Shown: positions 9,688 through 16,954 of the stretch, piece after piece
Position numbering within the stretch: the stretch's first letter is position 1
How the letters are laid out: each line of letters begins with the position of its first letter
Assembly: GCA_963727505.1 (NCBI GenBank)
Contig: CAVSGP010000009.1
Span: 224,001-288,000, forward strand
Length of the DNA: 64,000 nt
Direction of reading: 5' to 3'
Origin: an uncultured Trueperaceae bacterium
Lineage (GTDB): Bacteria; Deinococcota; Deinococci; Deinococcales; Trueperaceae
Program-made: the position numbers and the translations under genes
Notes under the pieces: generated by a model
The model's database searches: none
What the model was told of the DNA's origin: nothing
What the model saw: the letters and a program-made list of their open reading frames with translations, nothing else

Positions 9688-9765
9688 TCACGCTTCCTCC
9701 GCCCGCATGACCGGGATCAGGTTCAAGGGTCTTTCTCAGCCCCGAGGGGCACCCCTGGTGACCCC
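9688..9765 (-). promoter_or_regulatory. TPP riboswitch
   Basis: Minus strand GGGGUGC...GCUGAGA-AAGACCCUUGAACCUGAUCCCGGUCAUGCGGGCGGAGGAAG matches the thi-box consensus; upstream of thiB. Confidence 0.93.
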
Positions 9766-9864
9766 TCGAAGCTAGCGCTCCCGCGCGCGGATGTCAATGC
9801 CGGTGTCCTAGACTGGTTCGCGGGGCGCGCCACGCGCGCCCCGGTCGGAACAGGGGTGAAGCGC

Positions 9865-10851
9865 ATGCATACCAGGCGACTGGGAAAGACGGGGTCCGAG
9901 ATCGGCGAGGTCGGGTTGGGCACCTGGGCCCTCGGCGGGAGCTGGGGGAATGTCCCCGAGGAGGACGCCCTGGCGACGTTGCGCGAGGCGCTCGACGCCG
10001 GCGTGACCTTCCTGGACACCGCCGACGTCTACGGCGACGGTCGCAGCGAGCGCCTGATCCGATCGTTGTTCGCCGAACGCGAACGGGGAGACGTCGTGGT
10101 GGCGACCAAGGCCGGGCGACGGCTCGACCCGCACGTCGCGTCGGGGTACGACTACGAGCACCTGGCGCGCTTCGTGGCGCGCAGCCTGGACAACCTCGGG
10201 GTCGAGAGCCTCGACCTGCTGCAGCTCCACTGCCCTCCCACCGACGTCTACCGGTCCGATGCCGCCTTCGACGCGCTCGAGCGTATGAAGTCCGACGGAA
10301 TGCTCCGCCACTACGGGGTGAGCGTCGAGACCGTCGAGGAAGCCGAGCTGGCGCTCGAGCACGAGGGCGTGGAGACGGTCCAGATCATCTACAACATGTT
10401 CCGCTTCAAGCCGGCGGACGCCTTCTTCGCCCACGCGAAGGCCCGCGACGTCGGGATCATCGTGAGGGTGCCGCTGGCCAGCGGCCTGCTGTCGGGCAAG
10501 ATGACCCGTGAGCGTACGTTCGAGGCCGACGACCACCGCGCCTTCAACCGCCACGGCGAGGCGTTCGACGTAGGCGAGACCTTCTCGGGGGTGGACTTCG
10601 AAGTCGGCCTGGCGGCGGCAGCGGAGCTGCAAGCGCTGGTGCCGAAGGGGTCGACACTGGCGCAGCTCGCGCTGCGCTGGATCCTCATGCACCCGGCCGT
10701 GTCGGTGGTGATTCCCGGCGCCCGCCGCCCGCAGCAGGCAGGCGACAACGCGGCTGCCTCCGACCTCCCCGCTCTCACGCCGGAGGCCATGCAGCGTGTG
10801 CGGGAGGTGTACGACGCCCACATCCGAGCGCAGGTTCACCGACGTTGGTGA
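9865..10851 (+). CDS. Aldo/keto reductase
   Basis: GLGTW, DTADVYGDGRSE, ATKAG, LDLLQLH, VPLASGLLSGK. Confidence 0.92.
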   Translation: MHTRRLGKTGSEIGEVGLGTWALGGSWGNVPEEDALATLREALDAGVTFLDTADVYGDGRSERLIRSLFAERERGDVVVATKAGRRLDPHVASGYDYEHLARFVARSLDNLGVESLDLLQLHCPPTDVYRSDAAFDALERMKSDGMLRHYGVSVETVEEAELALEHEGVETVQIIYNMFRFKPADAFFAHAKARDVGIIVRVPLASGLLSGKMTRERTFEADDHRAFNRHGEAFDVGETFSGVDFEVGLAAAAELQALVPKGSTLAQLALRWILMHPAVSVVIPGARRPQQAGDNAAASDLPALTPEAMQRVREVYDAHIRAQVHRRW

Positions 10852-10881
10852 GCGCGCGAAGGGTCCGCTGAGGCGGGCCGC

Positions 10882-11559
10882 GTGACGCTGAGCGACGCCG
10901 AGGTGGTGGCGCGTTGTCCGCTCTTCGCGCAGCTACCGGACGAGGACGTGGTCGCGCTCGCCGGGGTCGGCGTCCGCCGCTCCGTTGCTGCCGGCGAGAC
11001 CCTCTTCCTGGCAGGCGAGCGGGCGCGGGGACTCCCGCTGGTGGTGCGCGGTCGCGTCAGGATCTTCGTGCTGTCTCCCACCAGTGGACGGGAGGTCGTT
11101 CTGACGATCGAGAGGCCGTTCGGTGCCGTGGCCGAGCTCGTCGCCTTCGACGGCGGCCCCTACCCGGCGAGCGCCGAGGCGATGGAGGACGGCGAGCTGC
11201 TGTGGCTCGGCCAGGAGGGGCTCCAGACTCTGCTGCGCAACCGTCCCGGCCTGGCCGTGCATCTGGTGCGAACCCTGGGGCGTCGGCTGCGCCGGCTGGT
11301 GGGGCTCATCGAGCAGATCTCGTTCCAGGAGGTCATCCAGCGCCTGGCGGTCGACCTGCTGGCGGTCGCCGAGCGGGGCGTTCCCTTCGCGCTCGACACC
11401 AACGCGGCCATCGCCGGGCGGCTCGGCACGGTGCCGGAGCTCGTGAGTCGCAACCTGTCGCGCCTGCATCAGAGCGGCATGCTCGAGCTGCGGGGGCGCA
11501 CCGTGCTGTCGCTGGACCGCGCCGCGCTCGAGGACCTCGCCGCACGGTCGGGGCGGTGA
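10882..11559 (+). CDS. Crp/Fnr family transcriptional regulator (Dnr/HcpR-like, lacks the FNR Cys cluster)
   Basis: cNMP-type beta-barrel (YPASAEA) plus HTH IAGRLGTVPELVSRNL. Confidence 0.88.
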   Translation: MTLSDAEVVARCPLFAQLPDEDVVALAGVGVRRSVAAGETLFLAGERARGLPLVVRGRVRIFVLSPTSGREVVLTIERPFGAVAELVAFDGGPYPASAEAMEDGELLWLGQEGLQTLLRNRPGLAVHLVRTLGRRLRRLVGLIEQISFQEVIQRLAVDLLAVAERGVPFALDTNAAIAGRLGTVPELVSRNLSRLHQSGMLELRGRTVLSLDRAALEDLAARSGR

Positions 11560-11645
11560 CGCACAGACAGCGGCCTGAGCCGCGATGATGGCAGACCTCA
11601 CTGCGCGCGCGGCGATGACGGCGGCCCGGCGCCCGCCCCACGCGG

Positions 11646-11975
11646 TCAGCCGAAGCCGAGCGCGCGCCGGGCCTCATCGCTCATCGACGCAGGCGTCCAG
11701 GGCGGGTCCCAGACCACCGTCACGTCGACCGACTCCACGCCATCGACGGCTGCCAGGCGCCCTTCGACCGCGGCGACGATGCTGCCGTGCAGGGGGCAGC
11801 CGGGCGTGGTGAGGGTCATCTCGACCGCCACCGCCTCCCCGGCGATCTGCACGGCGTAGACCAGGCCCAGGGCGAGGATGTCGAGTGCCAGCTCGGGGTC
11901 GACGACCTCGCCGAGCGCCGCCAGGACGGCGTCGGGGTCCGGCGAGGGCGCGAGCATGTGGAGGGTCGGGGTCAT
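11646..11975 (-). CDS. DUF59/SufT-like metal-sulfur cluster assembly factor
   Basis: VVDPELALDILALGLVY, TLTTPGCPL, WDPPWTP. Confidence 0.92.
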   Translation of the reverse strand: MTPTLHMLAPSPDPDAVLAALGEVVDPELALDILALGLVYAVQIAGEAVAVEMTLTTPGCPLHGSIVAAVEGRLAAVDGVESVDVTVVWDPPWTPASMSDEARRALGFG

Positions 11976-13252
11976 ACTTCCTCCTTGAGGACGGCGGGCA
12001 CGGCGGCCCGCTCGACACGCGCGCCATGGCGGCCGAAGAGGATCGCCACGGTCTGGACGAGCTGCGCCCACGCGCCGACTGCCAGCAGCGCTGCGGCGGC
12101 GGCCGCCCAGGGTTCGGAGCGAAGGCTGGCGGCGAGTGCGGCGGCGACGGCGCCGGCCGCCAGACCGAAGGTGGTGAGCGGCTCCAAGCCCGGCAGGAGC
12201 ATGTCGCGCAGCAGCGGTGCTCGCCCCGGGGCGCCGCGGGCGGCGTAACGCGCCTGCCAGGTGAGGAACGTCGCGATCTTGGCCTGCATCCCGCTGGCGG
12301 ACAGCACCACGAAGCCGAGCAGCAGGGCAATGCCGGCGCCGGCGCGGTGACCCGCGAGGGCGAGAGCACCCGCCAGCGGGAGGAAGGCGTGCGCCAGCAG
12401 GTAGCGCTGGACCGGCGGCTCGAGCCGCCGGCGGATGCGCACCCGCAGCAGCGCCGCCACCTCCCAGAGCTGGAGCGCCCCCGCTGCCGCCAGCAGACCG
12501 TCGGCCGCGACGTGCAGCGGAAGGTGCGCGAAGACGCTCAGCAGCTCGGCCACGATGGCCGCGTGCACCAGTCCGGTGAGGACGCGCAGGCGGTAGGCGC
12601 GGGTCTGCTTGGCCAGCGCGAACATGGCCAGCAGCCGCTGGCCGGCCGCGGCGATGCCCAGCAGGAAGGCGCCGAACAGGCCCACGGTGAGGTGGAGGGT
12701 CACGGGGTAGCCCAGCAGCCGGGCCAGGCCGGGCAGGTGCGGGGAGGCGGCGAGAAGGAAGCCGAGGGCCACGGTCAGCGCCAGGTACACCGTGGCGGTG
12801 ACCAGGCCCCGGGCGGCGGCGTCACGGCGGGTGGCGCCGGCCAGGGTGCGCAGTGCCTGGAGTGCACATGCCCACAAGGAGAGCGTTACCAGCAAACCTC
12901 CGATGATCAGGGCCGCGGGCTCGAAGCCGAGCGCGAACCCGGCCACCACCCCGGCGGAGCCCGCTACCAGGGCCGGCAGGGTGACCCTCCCCAGCCTTGG
13001 CCAGGCGAGGCGGGTCACCAGCAGCACGGGCAGCAACTGCTGCAGGGTGCCGGCGAAGAGCAGCGCAACGTAGCCGAGCGTGACGACGTGGGTCAACGCC
13101 AGGTAGGCAGGCGTCGGCGCTGCGGAGGCGAGCAGGCCAGGATGTAGCGCCAACGCGACCGCGCCGGCCGCTAGCCCCAGTGCGCCGGTGAGCAACGCCG
13201 CCAGCGGCAAGGCCGCGGGCGGGTCGCCGGGGGCGGCCGGCTGCGGGATCAC
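11972..13252 (-). CDS. Polytopic membrane protein with intramembrane His residues (DUF2249-locus / heme-copper subunit-I-like)
   Basis: About 12 TM helices, LTHVVTLG..GTLQQLLPV, HLTVGLFG, KIATFLTW; 4-nt overlaps with both neighbours. Confidence 0.75.
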   Translation of the reverse strand: MIPQPAAPGDPPAALPLAALLTGALGLAAGAVALALHPGLLASAAPTPAYLALTHVVTLGYVALLFAGTLQQLLPVLLVTRLAWPRLGRVTLPALVAGSAGVVAGFALGFEPAALIIGGLLVTLSLWACALQALRTLAGATRRDAAARGLVTATVYLALTVALGFLLAASPHLPGLARLLGYPVTLHLTVGLFGAFLLGIAAAGQRLLAMFALAKQTRAYRLRVLTGLVHAAIVAELLSVFAHLPLHVAADGLLAAAGALQLWEVAALLRVRIRRRLEPPVQRYLLAHAFLPLAGALALAGHRAGAGIALLLGFVVLSASGMQAKIATFLTWQARYAARGAPGRAPLLRDMLLPGLEPLTTFGLAAGAVAAALAASLRSEPWAAAAAALLAVGAWAQLVQTVAILFGRHGARVERAAVPAVLKEEV

Positions 13253-13476
13253 CGCAGGGGCCCCTTCACGATGCGCACCCGCGCGCTGCCGTCGGCGAGC
13301 TCCTGCACGCTGTACTGGGCGCCCGCCTCCTCGAGCTGGGGGAGGAGGTAGACCGGCACGCGGTCGTTGTGGATGGTGAGGACGTCGCCGTCCTGCATGC
13401 TCTCCAGGGCCTCCAGCGTGCGGACCATCGGCATGGGCGGCTCCAGGCCACGGTTATCGAGCGATCGCTCAGGCAT
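13249..13476 (-). CDS. DUF2249 (SirA/TusA-like) small protein
   Basis: LDNRGLEPPMPMVRTLEAL...IHNDRVPVYLLPQL. Confidence 0.85.
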   Translation of the reverse strand: MPERSLDNRGLEPPMPMVRTLEALESMQDGDVLTIHNDRVPVYLLPQLEEAGAQYSVQELADGSARVRIVKGPLR

Positions 13477-13511
13477 GCGATCAGCCTAGGCCCGGCCGGC
13501 CCGATTCCGCC

Positions 13512-13543
13512 TTGACCTGGGTGGAGGTCTTGACCCAGGTCAT
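13512..13543. promoter_or_regulatory. Two Crp/Fnr-type boxes in a divergent promoter
   Basis: TTGACCTGGGTGGA (13512-13525) and TTGACCCAGGTCAT (13530-13543), centred about 42-43 nt from the two divergent starts. Confidence 0.7.
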
Positions 13544-13579
13544 GGCGGCGCGGTGCGCCCCCGGGTGATGCTGCCGCTC

Positions 13580-13705
13580 GTGATGCCCGAGACCGATCGC
13601 CCCACCATGATGCCGCTGCTCGCCTTGCGCGAGGAGGCCGTGCTCCGTGCCCTGGCCGAGCTGGTCGGGTCGAGCGAGCCGTCGAAGGACGGGCCGTGTC
13701 GCTGA
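13580..13705 (+). CDS. Putative ~41-aa small protein (MPETDRPTMMPLLALREEAVLRALAELV...)
   Basis: GTG/ATG at 13580/13583, 7 nt after a GATGCT -10-like box; GC3-rich codons; stop overlaps the start of the cupin gene. Confidence 0.45.
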   Translation: MMPETDRPTMMPLLALREEAVLRALAELVGSSEPSKDGPCR

Positions 13706-14022
13706 GCCGCCCGCTCGAAGTCCGCCGCTTCTCCGAGGTGGGGCCCGTGCCGCGGCCCCTCAGCGTCGGAGCCGGCCTGGCCGCCATGCTGCTGTGCTTG
13801 CAGCACGGCCAGGTCCTGCAGGCGCCCGACGGCGACGAGGCCGAGACCGTGTTCACCGTGCTCGATGGAGCGGGTTTCGTCCTCGACGGCGACGAGCGCT
13901 TCGAGGTGGCAACCGGGGATGTCGTGCACGTTCTGCCCGGGCGCAGCAAAGCGCTCGAGGCCGCCGCCGGGACGTTCACGGTGCTGGGTGTGCGGCGCAT
14001 GGCGGGCGGCGGGGATGGTTAG
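13696..14022 (+). CDS. Cupin domain protein
   Basis: VFTVLDGAG...VATGDVVHVLPG cupin motifs. Confidence 0.75.
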   Translation: MSLSRPLEVRRFSEVGPVPRPLSVGAGLAAMLLCLQHGQVLQAPDGDEAETVFTVLDGAGFVLDGDERFEVATGDVVHVLPGRSKALEAAAGTFTVLGVRRMAGGGDG

Positions 14023-14254
14023 CCCGCGGCTCCCCGGCCTCCGCCGTCCCGTCGCCATGATGCTCGACCGCGAGGTCTGCATCGAGTGCGGTGCATGCGA
14101 GGATCTCGTGCCCGGGATGCTCCAAGGGCCGGAGCGCATCGCCATCACCCAGGCCACCGTGGAGGCGATGGCTCATTGCCCGGTCGGCGCCATCCGCTGG
14201 TTGGAAGCATTGGAAGGAGAGGACCCTCATGACGAACTCCACGACGACGCTTGA
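14015..14254 (+). CDS. Single-cluster ferredoxin
   Basis: DREVCIECGAC...HCPVGAI. Confidence 0.8.
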   Translation: MVSPRLPGLRRPVAMMLDREVCIECGACEDLVPGMLQGPERIAITQATVEAMAHCPVGAIRWLEALEGEDPHDELHDDA

Positions 14255-14465
14255 CGTGCGCACCATCGCGCCTCGCGAGCGCCATCCGCTCATCTTCGAG
14301 ACCTTCGACGCGCTCGATCCCGGTGCGGCCCTCGAGCTGGTCAACGACCACGACCCGAAGCCGCTGTACTACCAGTTCCAGGCCGAGCGCCCCGGGGTCG
14401 TCGAATGGACCTACCTGGAGCAGGGCCCCGAGCTTTGGCGGGTGCGGATCGCCCGGACGGGATGA
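14229..14465 (+). CDS. DUF2249 domain protein
   Basis: LDVRTIAPRERHPLIF..LVNDHDPKPLYYQF..YLEQGPELWRVRI; GGAGAGGA RBS. Confidence 0.9.
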   Translation: MTNSTTTLDVRTIAPRERHPLIFETFDALDPGAALELVNDHDPKPLYYQFQAERPGVVEWTYLEQGPELWRVRIARTG

Positions 14466-14809
14466 GCGCGGAGGAGACGGAACCCATCGGGTACGAGCTC
14501 CTGGAGCGGGCTTCCGGCGCCGAGCTGCCGGAAGCCGGCGTCCTCAGCCGCACGTTGGCCAGGGACGGCGGCGTACGGGTCACCTGGTTCGGCTTCGCGG
14601 CCGGCGAGGAGCTGACGGAGCACACCTCCAGCCGGCCGGCCCTGCTCCACTTCCTCCGCGGCCGCGCGCGCCTCACCCTGGGGGCGGACACGGTCGAGGT
14701 CGGGCCGGGCGATCACCTGCGCATGGAGGCTGGTCTTCGTCACAGCGTGGCCGCGCTCGAGCCTCTCGAGTTCGTGCTCACCCTGCTGCCGGCGAGCGGG
14801 ACGGCGTAG
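14462..14809 (+). CDS. Cupin domain protein
   Basis: FGFAAGEELTEHT...HSVAALE. Confidence 0.85.
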   Translation: MSAEETEPIGYELLERASGAELPEAGVLSRTLARDGGVRVTWFGFAAGEELTEHTSSRPALLHFLRGRARLTLGADTVEVGPGDHLRMEAGLRHSVAALEPLEFVLTLLPASGTA

Positions 14810-14819
14810 GCCGCGACCC

Positions 14820-15623
14820 GTGGCCGTGACCCGCGCCAAAGTCCGTTGGCGCACCCTGGCGCTCCCCAACGAGCACGGTGCCTGGGCGTTCCTGCTCGAG
14901 CCCGCCCTGCTGGGGCTCGGCGTCGCGCCGAGCCCGGCCGGGTTCGTCCTGGTGGTTGCGGGTCTGGGTGCCCTGCTCACGCAGCACCCGTTGGGACTCG
15001 CCCTGGCCGACCTGCGTCGCGGAAAGCGCTTCCCCCGCACCCTGCCGGCGCTCGGCCTGGCCGCCAGCTACGGCGCGCTCACGCTGCTGATGGTGGTCGC
15101 GGCGTTCCGACTCGGCGCCCGACCGGCCGCGCTGGCGCCGCTGGCGCTGGTGCTGCCGATCGCGCTGGTGCAGCTCGGCTTCGATGCCCGCAACCGGGGG
15201 CGCGACGCGCGCGCCGAGATCGCGGGCGCGTTGGCGCTGGGTGCATTGGCCGCCGCCATCGTGATGGCGGGCGGGGGGCCGTGGGGCGTCGCCCTCGCTT
15301 TGTGGCTCGTGGCCGCAGGCCGCAACGTTCCGTCGGTGCTGTACGTGAGGGCCCGGCTGCGGCTGCAGCGCGGCGGGGCCGCGCCACGCGGTCCGGTGCT
15401 CGCTGCCCACGTCGCGGCCTTGGTCGCGGTCGCGGGGGCGTGCGTGGCGGGCGTCCTGCCGTGGCTCGCCCTGGGGGCCTTCGCGGTGTTGCTGACGCGG
15501 GCTGCCGCCGGAATGCGGCCGTCGGCTCCCGTGCTGGCCGCGAAGTCCGTTGGCATGCTGGAGATGGCGTTCGGGTTGACGACGGTAGCGGCCGTCCTGC
15601 TCGGTATTTGGGCCGGTTCGTGA
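14820..15623 (+). CDS. YwiC-like membrane protein
   Basis: LPNEHGAWAFL N-terminal signature, VLYVRARLR, AKSVGMLE. Confidence 0.85.
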   Translation: MAVTRAKVRWRTLALPNEHGAWAFLLEPALLGLGVAPSPAGFVLVVAGLGALLTQHPLGLALADLRRGKRFPRTLPALGLAASYGALTLLMVVAAFRLGARPAALAPLALVLPIALVQLGFDARNRGRDARAEIAGALALGALAAAIVMAGGGPWGVALALWLVAAGRNVPSVLYVRARLRLQRGGAAPRGPVLAAHVAALVAVAGACVAGVLPWLALGAFAVLLTRAAAGMRPSAPVLAAKSVGMLEMAFGLTTVAAVLLGIWAGS

Positions 15624-15681
15624 GCCGGTCCGATGGCATTGGGGCGGCCCGCTCAATCGTCAGGCGTCCCCGGGGCAACGC

Positions 15682-16119
15682 GTGAGCCGCTACGAGGTCG
15701 CCCTGCTGCGCGGCGCCGTGCTCTACCTGCTCGCCACGGCGGCCTTCGGCGTGCTGTTCACGCTGCGTCCTGGCCTGGCGGGCCTGTTCGGGCCGACCCA
15801 CGCCCACCTGGGCCTGGTGGGTTTCTTCCTCTCGACGGTGATGGGGGTGGCGTTCTGGATGATGCCCCGGCCCGGCGGGATCCGTCAGGAGGGCTGGGAG
15901 GCGGCGTGCTTCTACCTGCTCAACGCCGGGCTGCTGCTGCGCACGGTGGCGGAACCCTGGTGGCGCGCGAGCCAGGCCACGCTGCCGCATGAGCTCTTCG
16001 TGGCCTCGGGCGCGCTCACGTTCGCAGCGGTGGCCGCCTTCGCCTGGGCGATGCGTCGGCGCATCGTGACGAAGGACGAGGTGCGCGCCCGCAGCCGCGG
16101 CCGACGCAGCGCGAATTGA
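15682..16119 (+). CDS. Four-TM membrane protein with HAHL motif (heme-copper oxidase subunit-I-like fragment)
   Basis: THAHLGLVGF..VMGVAFWMMPR, LLNAGLLLR. Confidence 0.75.
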   Translation: MSRYEVALLRGAVLYLLATAAFGVLFTLRPGLAGLFGPTHAHLGLVGFFLSTVMGVAFWMMPRPGGIRQEGWEAACFYLLNAGLLLRTVAEPWWRASQATLPHELFVASGALTFAAVAAFAWAMRRRIVTKDEVRARSRGRRSAN

Positions 16120-16155
16120 CCCGCCCGGCGCGTGGCGGCGCCGGCGCGCGCATGG

Positions 16156-16710
16156 TCAGTTCTCGGTCTCCACGACCCTTGTGCCGGCGAGTTTGTCGCC
16201 CCAGCGGCGCCCCTCCTTGTCGGTGATGGTCAGGAAGCCCTCCACCAGGAGCAGGATGAGCCCGGCCACCCAGGCCAGCGGGATCAGCAGCCAGCCCAGG
16301 ATCGGGATGAGCAGCAGCACGATGGCAAGCGATGTGACCACCAGCGGCCAGTTGCGAGCGGCAGACACGCGGAACGTGACGGGTGAGCCGTCGTCGCAGA
16401 GCGGACGGAGATGCATGATGCGCTTGCCGAGCGAGCGATGGTCCATGAACTCGTAGTCGAAGCCGTCGCGGAACAGGAGGTAGAGGGCGGCCAGGATGCC
16501 GCCGATCCAGGGGATGCGGCTGACGATGGCCGCGATGACGGCGTCGATCAGGAACGCCAGGAAGCGTTTGACAAGATCGGCCTTGGGCGTCTCATCCGCG
16601 GCGGTTCCTGCCACGTCGCCAACCGGGCGTGGGGGCGCAGCGGGTTCGGTCGCAGCGGGTTCGGGCGCCGCCCCCTCGGTGGGTTCTCGATGGTGGCTCT
16701 CATCGCTCAT
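16156..16710 (-). CDS. RDD family membrane protein
   Basis: RFLAFLID, SLGKRIM, RRWGDKLAGTRVV. Confidence 0.88.
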   Translation of the reverse strand: MSDESHHREPTEGAAPEPAATEPAAPPRPVGDVAGTAADETPKADLVKRFLAFLIDAVIAAIVSRIPWIGGILAALYLLFRDGFDYEFMDHRSLGKRIMHLRPLCDDGSPVTFRVSAARNWPLVVTSLAIVLLLIPILGWLLIPLAWVAGLILLLVEGFLTITDKEGRRWGDKLAGTRVVETEN

Positions 16711-16954
16711 GACCGACTCCCTTCGCTCCCAAGGCGTCGGCCGCCGGGCGGATCCGTCCGGAGCGCGGCTCGCGGCGGCTCGACGCCACCAGTGTAGCGG
16801 CGCCGCAGGCTCTGGCGGCGTGCGATGCACCATCTCGGCGACCATGAGCGTGGTCGGGGCGGGCGTCCCTCCGGGATGCGGCGGACCGCGCGGTAAGGTG
16901 GCTCTGGAGGCGCTCGGACGCGATGTGCAGGCTTCGCGGCTCGAGCGGGAACGC

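Noticed and set aside
8560..10851. 763-aa ORF suggesting a fusion to the aldo/keto reductase
   Set aside because: The first 435 codons are antisense to thiB and the riboswitch; the real start is 9865
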